Part shown: positions 45,744 to 55,237 of the stretch, one piece after another
Layout: every line of letters begins with the position of its first letter
Numbering within the stretch: the first letter of the stretch is position 1
DNA from: Patescibacteria group bacterium
Lineage (GTDB): Bacteria; Patescibacteriota; Patescibacteriia; Patescibacteriales; UBA12465
Length of the DNA stretch: 64,000 bases
Assembly: GCA_050943055.1 (NCBI GenBank)
Contig: JBMNOL010000001.1
Coordinates: 15,750 to 79,749 of the forward strand
Direction: 5' to 3'
Program-made: the position numbers and the translations under genes
The notes under the pieces: model-generated
Told to the model about the DNA's origin: nothing
The model's database searches: none
The model's input: the letters and a program-made list of their open reading frames with translations, nothing else

Positions 45744-46148
45744 ATGCTTAAGAATCAAAAAATTTTCACCCTTTCTCTGGCTTTGCCCCTTTTACTGAAT
45801 AGTCTTTTATTTTTAGCCCCGGCCAGCGCGACTACCACCACTACTGGCGTCAAGGGCGCTTTTTCTTCCGAAGGAAAATTAGGAGACTTTGCTAAAGATG
45901 TTGGTTATAATCAAGAACCACAAACCCCCGAATACTATGTCGGTTTGGTTATCAATATTATCTTCTCACTTTTGGGAGTTATTGCTATCACCTTAATAAT
46001 CTTTAATGGTTTTAAGTGGATGACGGCGGGCGGTAATGATAATAAAGTTAAGGAAGCCCGGGGGGGATTAACTAGCTCAATTCTCGGATTACTAATTATT
46101 TTGGCTAGTTATGCTATCACCTTTTTTGTCTTTAATATTTTTACTTAA
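45744..46148 (+). CDS. T4SS-pilin-like protein, paralog 4
   Basis: ATG at 45744; the track's TTG start at 45726 overlaps the previous gene. Motif GFKWMTAGGNDNKVKEARGGLTSSILGLLIILASYAITFF. Confidence 0.7.
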   Translation: MLKNQKIFTLSLALPLLLNSLLFLAPASATTTTTGVKGAFSSEGKLGDFAKDVGYNQEPQTPEYYVGLVINIIFSLLGVIAITLIIFNGFKWMTAGGNDNKVKEARGGLTSSILGLLIILASYAITFFVFNIFT

Positions 46149-46157
46149 AAACTGTTT

Positions 46158-46562
46158 ATGAAAAAAATTCCTTCTTGGTTAATAGTTATTTTTTTAACCA
46201 CCATCCTGATTATCCCGGGTTTAGTTTTTGCCGGTAACAATATTATTAAAGACAGTGCCTCGCCCCTAGAACGCCTTAACAATGCGGCCACCAATTATGG
46301 CCCTTTTTCTCAAACTGCTACTGAAACCTCGGCGGCCTCCATTATCGGCTTAGTAATTAATGTTATCTTGGGAATACTAGGAGTTATTTTCCTCGTTCTA
46401 ACTATTTTAGCGGGTATTCAATGGATGACGGCCGGCGGCAATGATGCCAAAGTAAAGGAAGCTCAAGGATCAATCACCAGAGCGGTTACAGGATTAGTCG
46501 TAGTTGTCTCTTCTTACGCTATCTGGCTTTTTATTCAAATGGCTTTTTTATCAAAAATATGA
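46158..46562 (+). CDS. T4SS-pilin-like protein, paralog 5
   Basis: GIQWMTAGGNDAKVKEAQGSITRAVTGLVVVVSSYAIWLF. Confidence 0.7.
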   Translation: MKKIPSWLIVIFLTTILIIPGLVFAGNNIIKDSASPLERLNNAATNYGPFSQTATETSAASIIGLVINVILGILGVIFLVLTILAGIQWMTAGGNDAKVKEAQGSITRAVTGLVVVVSSYAIWLFIQMAFLSKI

Positions 46563-46972
46563 AACATCTTTTTTATTCCTTTATTGGTACCACTCTTCTT
46601 ATTGTTCCAAGCATTGTCCTGGCCTCAACAACACCCGCCTCTGGTCTTAATACTGAAAAAATGGATGCTCAGACCCAAGCTCTTACTCAGGCAGCCGGTT
46701 TAGGACAAAACACTAGCTTAAGCTTTATTATTGCTACTCTTATTCAGGTCCTATTAGGATTTTTAGGAATAATTTTTTTAATCCTGACAATTGTTTCCGG
46801 TTTTAAATGGATGACTGCTCAAGGCAATGAAGATACAATTAAAAAAGCCCAAGGAACTTTAATGAATGCTATTATTGGCTTAGTAATTGTCCTTGCCGCT
46901 TATATTATTACCACTACTTTATTTAAATTACTGCCTTTTTCGGGCGGTAGTGGCGGCGTTACCGGCGGCTAA
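46559..46972 (+). CDS. T4SS-pilin-like protein, paralog 6
   Basis: GFKWMTAQGNEDTIKKAQGTLMNAIIGLVIVLAAYIITTT with a Gly-rich C-terminus. ATGA overlap with paralog 5. A bidirectional terminator lies at 46995-47025. Confidence 0.7.
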   Translation: MKHLFYSFIGTTLLIVPSIVLASTTPASGLNTEKMDAQTQALTQAAGLGQNTSLSFIIATLIQVLLGFLGIIFLILTIVSGFKWMTAQGNEDTIKKAQGTLMNAIIGLVIVLAAYIITTTLFKLLPFSGGSGGVTGG

Positions 46973-47029
46973 GAATAATTATTTTTTAAAAAATAAGGAC
47001 TATCTTTAGGATAGTCCTTTTTTTATTGT

Positions 47030-47638
47030 TTAAAAATCTGCTAGGGTCTTTTCGGCCCAAAAATAACACTTTTGGCCATCAGCATATTTGATATTGGCCG
47101 GATCGACCTTGCAAACTACATGGCCCATAAAGCGGCTGCCCATCGACACTTCTACTAAGTAATCGCCAGCCGGTAATTTTACCCATAACCTCTCTTCCGG
47201 AGCCAAATTATAGATTTGTGGAGGGAACTCCTTAAAACCACGACGAGTGATTTTAAAAGTAACATTCTCCCCCAAACCTCTTTTATTGTTAATGAGTAAG
47301 CCGGGCAAACCATAACCAAGTAGATCTTGACTCGCCAAAGGATCATCATAGTCATAAAAGAAGGCCTCCCCTTTGGCTTGACGGATGGCTTGTTGGGCTA
47401 GAGCTTCATTAACTTTAAATTGTTGTGCCCTGGTGCGACGCTTAAATTCATAATGCCCCATCTTGTCCGGAAGTTCAGCTTCTACATCAGTCGCTTTAAC
47501 AAAATCAAGTTGAGCTTTTAATTCTTCAATCTCTGTTTTAAGTTCAATAATCTTTCGTTGTGCTGAAATTAGATCCGCTTGAGCAATAAGAGAAAAACTG
47601 CTGACAAGAAATGCTGTTAGAAATAATACTTTCTTCAT
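47030..47638 (-). CDS. secreted protein with N-terminal coiled-coil (function unknown)
   Basis: Signal peptide MKKVLFLTAFLVSSFSLIAQA. No family recognised. Confidence 0.5.
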   Translation of the reverse strand: MKKVLFLTAFLVSSFSLIAQADLISAQRKIIELKTEIEELKAQLDFVKATDVEAELPDKMGHYEFKRRTRAQQFKVNEALAQQAIRQAKGEAFFYDYDDPLASQDLLGYGLPGLLINNKRGLGENVTFKITRRGFKEFPPQIYNLAPEERLWVKLPAGDYLVEVSMGSRFMGHVVCKVDPANIKYADGQKCYFWAEKTLADF

Positions 47639-47809
47639 TTTTTATTGTTTTTATTGTTAATGTTCTAAAGGCATTTTACCATTTTTATATAAAAATGTCA
47701 ATGGCTTATCCACAGTCTTACTATTGACTAAAATCAAAGCTTATGATAAAAAGATCAGTCGCGAAATAAACCAGTCCTCTGGTTTTTGTTTTGAGGCTTA
47801 AAATAATTT

Positions 47810-48487
47810 ATGAAAACTAAACTCCAAAAAATCGGCGAGGACATTGTTCCTCTTAGTAGACGGCAAAGCTTTTTGCTTTATTTGTTGATTGTTTGCGTCT
47901 TTGAATTCCTCTTCTTTTTTACTCCCGCCCTCGCTAGCGCTAGTGTGGCGGCCACCGAAAATCCAACTAACGAAGACGACTTGATTAGTCTAACAGCGCC
48001 TTTAAAAAGTTCTGAATTAGACCCCAGCGCCCAAATAATCGTCAACCATCTATTGGCTAACCCGGACAAAACTCCGGCGCCAGTAGAGGAAGAAAAAACT
48101 TTGCGCTTAAGTAATCCTCAAGTTATTTCTGGACCAGAAGATCACCTTACTCAGGAAAAATCCCCAAAATACCGCGTTGTCAGAACCAGTGAGCATGTTA
48201 TCACTGCCTACAATTCGGAAGCCGCCCAAACTGATAGCTCTCCCTGTATCACCGCTAGCGGCTTCAATGTTTGCGAGCATGGCCTTGAAGATACAATTGG
48301 CGCTAATTTCTTAAAACTAGGCACCAAAGTCCGCATCCCCGAGCTATTTGGCGACCAAGTCTTTGTTGTTCGCGACCGAATGAATAAGCGTTATTCTAAT
48401 CGCATTGACGTCTGGATGGTGAAAAAAGAAGATGCTCTTAAATTCGGTGTGAAAACCGCCAAAATTGAAGTTTTAGAAGAAATTTAA
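47810..48487 (+). CDS. 3D-domain protein (MltA/YuiC-like cell-wall-binding domain), membrane-anchored
   Basis: The C-terminus CITASGFNVCEHGLEDTIGANFLKLGTKVRIPELFGDQVFVVRDRMNKRYSNRIDVWM matches the 3D domain with its conserved Asp residues. A terminator lies at 48511-48549. Confidence 0.6.
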   Translation: MKTKLQKIGEDIVPLSRRQSFLLYLLIVCVFEFLFFFTPALASASVAATENPTNEDDLISLTAPLKSSELDPSAQIIVNHLLANPDKTPAPVEEEKTLRLSNPQVISGPEDHLTQEKSPKYRVVRTSEHVITAYNSEAAQTDSSPCITASGFNVCEHGLEDTIGANFLKLGTKVRIPELFGDQVFVVRDRMNKRYSNRIDVWMVKKEDALKFGVKTAKIEVLEEI

Positions 48488-48617
48488 GGAAATATTTTTT
48501 GAAAAATCCACCTTACCCCTTTTTCTTTGAAAAAGGGGTAAGGTTTTTTAAATCACCAAATTTTCTTGACTAATCTTACTTCACATTTAAGTAAATATAG
48601 TTTAAAATGATTAAGTC

Positions 48618-48700
48618 GCGGACATGGCGAAACTGGTAGACGCACTAGCCTTAGGAGCTAGCGGGGCAACCCGTGAGAGTTCGAGTCTCTCTGTCCGCAC
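48618..48700 (+). tRNA. tRNA-Leu (anticodon UAG), long variable arm
   Basis: GCGGACATGGCGAAACTGGTAGACGCACTAGCCTTAGGAGCTAGCGGGGCAACCCGTGAGAGTTCGAGTCTCTCTGTCCGCA with discriminator A. Confidence 0.85.
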
Positions 48701-49546
48701 ATGTTTTATTTTTTACATAATTTTGAACCCCAGCCTATTTTTTTATCCCTCGGTTTTCTAAATATTCGCTGGTATGGAATTTTTGTTGTCCTAGGAATCA
48801 CCGTTGGTCTAGTGCTAACCATTTATCTGGCGAAAAGGTTTCAAAAAAAACTAGACTTGGTTTGGGATCTACTTTTCTATTTAGTGATTTGGGGCTTAGT
48901 TGGCGCTCGCCTTTATGAGGTTTTTTTATTTTGGCCTTATTACCAGAATAATCTATTACAAATTTTTCAGATTTGGAAAGGGGGGTTAGCGATTCATGGC
49001 GCTCTCATTGCCGGAGTTATTGTTTTGTGGTGGTGGACCAAAAAACACCAAGACAGTTTTTGGCACTGGGCGGCAATTCTTAGCCCCGGACTCGCCTTCG
49101 GGCAAGCCATTGGTCGTTTTGGTAATTGGTTCAATCAAGAGTTATTTGGACAGCCAACCAATTTACCTTGGGGAATACCGATTACATTTCAAAATAGACC
49201 CCTTGCCTATCAAGACTTTTCCTTTTTTCACCCCACCTTTCTTTATGAAAGCCTGGGACTCCTAATTCTGGCCACTGCTTTGTTTTTTTTATTAAAAAAA
49301 ACAAAAACTCTAAGCGAAAAAAAATCTGTCTCTATTTTAGCCCTCTACTTAATCGGAGCATCACTACTGAGGTTTTTTCTAGAATTTATCAAAATTGACT
49401 CCGCGCCACTAATCTTTTCTTGGCGTTGGCCTCAATTTTTTTCTTTTATTTTAGTTATTATTACCCTTATCGGCTATCTAATTTATTTATACCACCATGA
49501 GAAACATTCTTCACTCCGACCAGTTTGGAACTCCAAAAAAAGTTAG
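48701..49546 (+). CDS. lgt: prolipoprotein diacylglyceryl transferase
   Basis: N-terminus FEPQPIFLSLGFLNIRWYGIFVVLG and the Lgt signature GRFGNWFNQELFG. It starts 1 nt after the tRNA-Leu. Confidence 0.9.
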   Translation: MFYFLHNFEPQPIFLSLGFLNIRWYGIFVVLGITVGLVLTIYLAKRFQKKLDLVWDLLFYLVIWGLVGARLYEVFLFWPYYQNNLLQIFQIWKGGLAIHGALIAGVIVLWWWTKKHQDSFWHWAAILSPGLAFGQAIGRFGNWFNQELFGQPTNLPWGIPITFQNRPLAYQDFSFFHPTFLYESLGLLILATALFFLLKKTKTLSEKKSVSILALYLIGASLLRFFLEFIKIDSAPLIFSWRWPQFFSFILVIITLIGYLIYLYHHEKHSSLRPVWNSKKS

Positions 49547-50717
49547 TCAAAAAAAAACACGACAAAAAACATTAATAATTTTTGGCTTATTTGCTTTTTT
49601 GTTGTCTCTCGCTGATGCTTTACCCGCTTATATCCGCTCCAGCTATATGGAGAGTTTTGTTGGTGTTTCCGCGGTTAGTTGGTTTTATATTGCATCCAAT
49701 TTTGTCTCCATAGCTGCAATTTTAATCTTTCCTAAAATAATCAAGCGCTTAAGTAATTATTTAAGCGCTGGAATTATTATTCTTATTTTTATTTTTTCCT
49801 TACTTGGGCTCAGTTTTAGTAGCACCGCTCTTTGTGTATTTTTATTCTTTATTATCATGCAGATGGCCTCATATCTACTTTGGATTAATTTAGATATTTT
49901 TCTAGAATCAGCCTCTGATAATGAAACAACCGGACAAACACGCACAATCTATCTAACTTTTATGAATTTAGCTTGGGTTCTTGCCCCAGCTATTTCAGCT
50001 TGGCTGGTAGAAATCAAGGGATATGAAATAACTTTTTTTGTTTCAGCCTTAATCATGATTCCTTTTTTAATCATTTACCTGCTTACGCGTCAAAAACTAA
50101 AAAACACCACCATTGACGTCCCGCAAACTTCTCTAAAGGTAGCCCTAAAGGAAACCGTCAAAAACAAAAATTTACTGGCTATCTTTGTTGCCGCTGGACA
50201 ATTGACTGTTTTTTTTAATGCTGCCGTTGTTTTTTTACCAATTTACCTTAATCAAAATTTAGGATTTTCCTGGAGCGAACTTAGTATTGTCTTTTCTATT
50301 ATGCTCATTCCTTTCTTGCTTGTAGAAATTCCCGCCGGCATCTTAGCTGATAAATATATTGGCGAAAAAGAATTACTCACCCTGGGGTTCTTAATCATTA
50401 TCACTTGCCTAGCAATTTTCTTTATGAGCACTTCAAGGAATATTTGGTTTTGGGCGACGATTCTTTTTATTTCCCGAATTGGAGCTGCTTTAATTGAAGC
50501 AATGAAAGAATCTTATTTTTTTAAAAATGTTGACGCTCACGATATTGAAAAAATAAACATTTTTAGAATTGCCCCTCCTTTGGGTTATTTGGTGGCCTCT
50601 TTTATATCCTTAATTATTTTACTTTACCTGCCTTTGGAGTATATCTTTATTATAACCGCTCTTTTTATTTGCTTATTTACCTTTCCGGTGTTAATAAGCA
50701 TGAAAGACTCTCTTTAA
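49497..50717 (+). CDS. MFS-type transporter
   Basis: 406 aa with about 12 TM helices. Its 5' end overlaps lgt by 50 nt. Confidence 0.65.
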   Translation: MRNILHSDQFGTPKKVSQKKTRQKTLIIFGLFAFLLSLADALPAYIRSSYMESFVGVSAVSWFYIASNFVSIAAILIFPKIIKRLSNYLSAGIIILIFIFSLLGLSFSSTALCVFLFFIIMQMASYLLWINLDIFLESASDNETTGQTRTIYLTFMNLAWVLAPAISAWLVEIKGYEITFFVSALIMIPFLIIYLLTRQKLKNTTIDVPQTSLKVALKETVKNKNLLAIFVAAGQLTVFFNAAVVFLPIYLNQNLGFSWSELSIVFSIMLIPFLLVEIPAGILADKYIGEKELLTLGFLIIITCLAIFFMSTSRNIWFWATILFISRIGAALIEAMKESYFFKNVDAHDIEKINIFRIAPPLGYLVASFISLIILLYLPLEYIFIITALFICLFTFPVLISMKDSL

Positions 50718-50782
50718 GGCTAGCCTAAAGTTAAGATTAGGCCGTTGACGGGGACTTAAATTATGTTATTATAATAACATTG

Positions 50783-50854
50783 GCGGGTATCGTATAATGG
50801 CTTTTATATCAGCCTTCCAAGCTGAGGATAGGGGTTCGATTCCCCTTACCCGCT
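50783..50854 (+). tRNA. tRNA-Gly (anticodon UCC)
   Basis: Acceptor GCGGGTA/TACCCGC, anticodon stem TCAGC/GCTGA with loop CTTCCAA, T-arm AGGGG-TTCGATT-CCCCT, discriminator U. A terminator follows at 50860-50887. Confidence 0.8.
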
Positions 50855-50892
50855 CTAAGAGCGCCGCTAACAGTGGCGCTTTTTTTAAGTTT

Positions 50893-51987
50893 ATGAAGTA
50901 TTTATTTTTTGTTCAAAGTGAGGGACGTGGCCATTTAAACCAAGCTTTAGCGGTGGCCGCCGGCCTCCGGCGCCATGGCCACGAAATTTGTGGAGTGGTA
51001 ACTAATTATTTACCGACCCGCCCGATACCTGAATATTTTATTAAGGAAATTGATGCCCCCTTATATTCAGTTGATAGCCCCTACTTTTTAATCACTAAAG
51101 ATCAAAAGGGGGTTGCTTTTGGACGTAGTCTAGTTTTTAATTTTTCCCGTCTCCATGCCTATTGGCTGAGCTTAAAAAAAATAAAGAATTTAATCAAAAC
51201 CTTGGAGCCCGATATTGTCATCAATTTTTATGAATCTTTATTTGGTTTATACCGCTTATTATTTCGCCCCCCAGTTAAAAGTTTCACTATCGGTCATCAA
51301 TTCTTTATTACCAACCCGGATTTTATCAGACCCCCAAAAAACCATTACTCTTTTTTATTATTAAAACTTTATAACTGGCTAGTTTCCTATGGCTCAACCG
51401 CTAAAATTGCCCTTTCTTTTTCCAACTCGCCCGACCAGCCTCAAAAAAAAATACTTGTTTGCCCACCCTTAATTCGCCAAAGTATTTTAGATCAAAAAAT
51501 AAAAACTGATAATTTTATTCTTTCTTACATATTAAACCCCGGTTATGCGGAGATAATTACTGACTTTGCGACTAAGAATAAAGAAATAAAAATTGAAGCT
51601 TTTTGGGATAAACTGGAAGCGGCCCCGAAAGAACAGCCTTTAGAAAATTTATGTTTTTATAAAATCAACGGGGATTTATTTATTGATCGCCTGTCTAAAT
51701 GCGGCGCTTACATCGCCACCGCCGGGTTTGAATCTATTTGTGAGGCCGCCTATCTAGAAAAACCAATTCTAATGATTCCCACCCCCAACCATTACGAGCA
51801 GTGGTGTAATGCTTATGACGCTAAACGCTGTGGCTTAGCTGAGTTTAGCGCTGAATTTGATTTTGATAAATTACTAGCCCTAACAAAAACCCAGTTTATT
51901 AAACCTGGGCAATGTTTCAAAAAATGGCACGACGAGAATAAGGACAAAATTTTTACAATTCTAGAGAATCGCTGGTATCAAAAATAA
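50893..51987 (+). CDS. glycosyltransferase (GT1/GT28 MurG-UGT-like fold)
   Basis: Start moved to the ATG at 50893; the track ORF read through tRNA-Gly. N-terminal Gly-rich SEGRGHLNQALAVAAGLRRHGHEI and a C-terminal nucleotide-sugar-binding region TAGFESICEAAYLEKPILMIP. Confidence 0.6.
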   Translation: MKYLFFVQSEGRGHLNQALAVAAGLRRHGHEICGVVTNYLPTRPIPEYFIKEIDAPLYSVDSPYFLITKDQKGVAFGRSLVFNFSRLHAYWLSLKKIKNLIKTLEPDIVINFYESLFGLYRLLFRPPVKSFTIGHQFFITNPDFIRPPKNHYSFLLLKLYNWLVSYGSTAKIALSFSNSPDQPQKKILVCPPLIRQSILDQKIKTDNFILSYILNPGYAEIITDFATKNKEIKIEAFWDKLEAAPKEQPLENLCFYKINGDLFIDRLSKCGAYIATAGFESICEAAYLEKPILMIPTPNHYEQWCNAYDAKRCGLAEFSAEFDFDKLLALTKTQFIKPGQCFKKWHDENKDKIFTILENRWYQK

Positions 51988-52990
51988 ATTTACCAATTTC
52001 CCAATACTCCGGATTACCATAGAGCTTCTGCCAGTACCACCACTCTACTCCCCAAACATATACATCTTTAAAACCGGTATTAATGGCAAATTGTAAATTA
52101 GCTTTAAATTGATCAATACTCATGGACTTATCAATCTCTGATTGGCTTAAGTAAATAATTTTTCCATTAGGCACCCAGGGTTCGGTTTGTAACTCAATAA
52201 TACTAGCTTCGCGATAATCAAGTCCTGACAATTTAGCTTTAGTGCGATAAAAACCGGGGGTGAAAAAATAATTAAAGAAACCCCAGCGATGATCATAAAC
52301 TACCCGGTAGAGAGTACTACCAAAAACATCCCCTAAAGCTACCTCTTTTTTCCAGCTACTAATCTCACCGGAGGCAGTAATTATAACCGGGCGAGAATCC
52401 AAACTCTTAACTAACTCTACCTCTTTATTCAAAAACTCCTCATCTAAGGGCGGGCAAACACCAAAAGAATTAAAGTAAGCTTCGTTTTCAACCTGCCAAG
52501 CAACAATTTGTGGATTATCTTTATAACGGTTAACTGTTTCGACAATTGCTTCAATTAGAGCATCCTGACGGTCTGATTTTTCTTTTAAAACTACCCAAGA
52601 GGGCGCATGACATTCCGGCCACCGGGGCTGCCGATGACCTAAAACAATAATAATTTCCACCCCCTCTTTACTAGCCAAATCTACCATCTCATCTAATTTG
52701 GTAAAATTATAAACGCCTTCCTCGGGATTAATTTCATCCCAATAAGCGGGAAGACGTAATTTTTTTACCCCTAAATCATAAATAATAGCCTGATAAACAT
52801 CGCGCCACTCCAAACCAAGTTCGGTTGCATATTTAGAAGAAAAGGTGGCACCAAAATAATTAGAATCATGCTCTAAATTAATGTCTTTAGGATAATAATT
52901 ACAAAACTTACTAGCATAAAAAAAGGCACCCACTAGTAATAATAAAAAACCAACAATAATATACAACCACATCTTTTTTTTCTTTCTCAT
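51953..52990 (-). CDS. membrane-anchored glycoside hydrolase, GH5-like TIM barrel
   Basis: N-terminal TM helix. Catalytic-acid-type motif WQVENEAYF (NE(P/A)) and the HRQPRWPECHAP region. Confidence 0.5.
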   Translation of the reverse strand: MRKKKKMWLYIIVGFLLLLVGAFFYASKFCNYYPKDINLEHDSNYFGATFSSKYATELGLEWRDVYQAIIYDLGVKKLRLPAYWDEINPEEGVYNFTKLDEMVDLASKEGVEIIIVLGHRQPRWPECHAPSWVVLKEKSDRQDALIEAIVETVNRYKDNPQIVAWQVENEAYFNSFGVCPPLDEEFLNKEVELVKSLDSRPVIITASGEISSWKKEVALGDVFGSTLYRVVYDHRWGFFNYFFTPGFYRTKAKLSGLDYREASIIELQTEPWVPNGKIIYLSQSEIDKSMSIDQFKANLQFAINTGFKDVYVWGVEWWYWQKLYGNPEYWEIGKFIFDTSDSLEL

Positions 52991-53003
52991 AATAATTAAA
53001 AAC

Positions 53004-53948
53004 TTAAAGCTGAAGAGCAGTTAAATATAAGCCGCCACTAATTAATAACAAGGCAATTAATTTTTGCCAAAAAACTCGCCAAACAAATTTTTCTTTATAT
53101 TGTTTTATAAAAAGACCCAAAACAAAAGACAAAACTATTAAAACACCGTATTGCACTCCTTGTAAAGCGGTGACCATTGCTACCGGCCCTAAAAAAATCG
53201 CATAATTTTGCAAAACCGAACTAAGCGCCCCTAAACCCTGATTAGCCAAAAACAGAAAATTATTATTTTTACTTTTCTTTTTCTTCTGCGGGAAAATTTG
53301 TTTAATAATTTCTTGACGGCTTTTAGGATCGAGAAGAAAAAGCATCGCCGTTAAAGCCGCTCCCAGTCGTAGCCACATAAAACCACTAACAAAAGATTGT
53401 TGCGTATAAACTTCTTTAGTTGCTACAAAAAAAGCGGCATAGAAAAAAGCCGACAAAGCCGTTAAACGCCAAGATCGTCGCTTGTATTTACTTGGATGAA
53501 AAGTTTGCCAAATTTTTTCCCAGAAAGAGGTTACGGTGGGTAAAAAAGCAATTAAAAAAATACCAGTAATAAGTAATAGTAAACCGCCTATTTGGTAAAT
53601 CGAGAAAATTTCCCTAAGAAAGGCAAAACTAAACAGAGCTGTAAAAACTGGCACCAAACCGCCAATAATAATAATCGTTTGACTGGCAGCACTACGGCGC
53701 AAAGCTTCATACATAAAAAATATCGCTGCCGTAAATAAAGATCCTGAGAGCAACGCTATTAATAAATTCCGCCAACCGGGAAATTCTAAAAACCAAGGGG
53801 CCCCAATAAAAATAATTAAACTAAGGACGCAGACCAAGAAAGTGTAGGTCTTTGAACTTTTAACGACATTGTCAATCAAAAACTTATCAGTGAGATTAAC
53901 CACCGCCATTAAAATATAAGAAACTATAGCAAAACTAAACCAAGCCAT
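53004..53948 (-). CDS. EamA/DMT-superfamily membrane transporter
   Basis: 314 aa with 10 TM helices in two 5-helix repeats. Confidence 0.5.
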   Translation of the reverse strand: MAWFSFAIVSYILMAVVNLTDKFLIDNVVKSSKTYTFLVCVLSLIIFIGAPWFLEFPGWRNLLIALLSGSLFTAAIFFMYEALRRSAASQTIIIIGGLVPVFTALFSFAFLREIFSIYQIGGLLLLITGIFLIAFLPTVTSFWEKIWQTFHPSKYKRRSWRLTALSAFFYAAFFVATKEVYTQQSFVSGFMWLRLGAALTAMLFLLDPKSRQEIIKQIFPQKKKKSKNNNFLFLANQGLGALSSVLQNYAIFLGPVAMVTALQGVQYGVLIVLSFVLGLFIKQYKEKFVWRVFWQKLIALLLISGGLYLTALQL

Positions 53949-53957
53949 AAGCCTTTC

Positions 53958-55229
53958 TTAATTAAATAAAGCTTCAATATTGTAGGTTCCTCTCGGATTA
54001 TCATTAAGATAAGCATCAAACGCCGCTCGGGCTAAACGACCAGACTTTAATAAATCCGGGAACCACTCATTAACATATTTTAAATCTAAAGAATCAATCC
54101 CGGCGCCACTTTTAAGTAAAGTTTCACGATTAAAAACCTCTTGCGAACCAATCACCGGTGACATAATAATTGGCAAACCTAAAGCGGCATAAAAAGATAA
54201 TTCTGAAGGCTTAGTCCACAAAACGTCAGTTGTTCTTAAAACCTGATTAAACTCTTTAAAATATTCAACCTTATCGGGATTAAAAACAACTCGAACATTT
54301 TTATTATCAGCCACCCCCGCCTCTTTTAGACAATTGTCAAAATAGTCTTTAACTTCTGGACGGTTACCGGCAATTAAATTTAAGCCTAAACGACCATCCT
54401 TAATCCAATCAATTAAACCGTTTAATATTTGCGCGCCAATTTCTTTTTGAGCACCAGCGCCACCAACGGCATAAGTAATTGTTGTTGGCCGATCAATATT
54501 TTCAGCGACCGGCAAATGCTCATCAATTAAAGCTTGATAATTCTTATGATAAATTCCATTCGGATCAAGATGAGACAAACGATTAGCTAAATCTTGTTTT
54601 AAAATTTCATTATTTTCGCCAATGTTTTCTTTAGGAAGTGGAAAACCGGTTACTTTTAAATTTTCCGGCTTCACGCCATACATCAAAAAGCGCTCACGAA
54701 CACGGTCGTTTGGTAGTAAATATTTAACGCGGGTATTTTTTGAGTCCATATTAACCCAAGCCCGGGAAACATCAGTGTCAGTAATTATACAATAAATATC
54801 ACCGGCGTAATTTTGCTCTTCGGCAAAATAAGCGCCAACAAAAAAAGTTGTTAAAAATGGTAAACCATTGGCGCGCAAACTATCTATCAAGTTTTTTCCC
54901 AAACCTTTTTTGACTTGGTAATAAAAAAATCTTTCCTGTACCGTCGGAGCGGATAAATCTCGCTTCGGATAGAAAGGTTGAATTTTTTGAAAAGCATCCA
55001 TAATTGAAAAAACCAACCCCCCTACTAGTGGCCATTTCTTTAAACGAGAAATTTGATTATAAGTTTTATTGCTGCTGGTCCAATATTTTTTTTCCCAAGC
55101 GGCAATACCCTCATAATTATTAATTGTGATAATTTTTTGACCAACGGCGATATCAAGTAATGGATAGGCGGCCCTTTGATGGCCATAGCCCATATCCACG
55201 GCGATTAAATTAATTTTTTCTTGTGACAT
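53958..55229 (-). CDS. glycosyltransferase, MGDG-synthase/UgtP-like (GT28 family)
   Basis: The N-terminus INLIAVDMGYGHQRAAYPL resembles the G-x-GH-xxAA motif of MGDG_synth/UgtP. C-terminal GT-B Rossmann half. Confidence 0.45.
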   Translation of the reverse strand: MSQEKINLIAVDMGYGHQRAAYPLLDIAVGQKIITINNYEGIAAWEKKYWTSSNKTYNQISRLKKWPLVGGLVFSIMDAFQKIQPFYPKRDLSAPTVQERFFYYQVKKGLGKNLIDSLRANGLPFLTTFFVGAYFAEEQNYAGDIYCIITDTDVSRAWVNMDSKNTRVKYLLPNDRVRERFLMYGVKPENLKVTGFPLPKENIGENNEILKQDLANRLSHLDPNGIYHKNYQALIDEHLPVAENIDRPTTITYAVGGAGAQKEIGAQILNGLIDWIKDGRLGLNLIAGNRPEVKDYFDNCLKEAGVADNKNVRVVFNPDKVEYFKEFNQVLRTTDVLWTKPSELSFYAALGLPIIMSPVIGSQEVFNRETLLKSGAGIDSLDLKYVNEWFPDLLKSGRLARAAFDAYLNDNPRGTYNIEALFN

Positions 55230-55237
55230 ATTGATAA

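Noticed and set aside
47706-47714. Perfect DnaA box TTATCCACA upstream of the 3D-domain gene, and TGTGGATAA at 21385
   Set aside because: Single isolated 9-mers have chance expectation of about 0.5 per 64 kb for both strands, so on their own they are not evidence of an origin or DnaA regulation.
50797-50892. N-terminal 32 codons of track ORF 50797-51987
   Set aside because: They run through tRNA-Gly and its terminator. The true start is ATG 50893.
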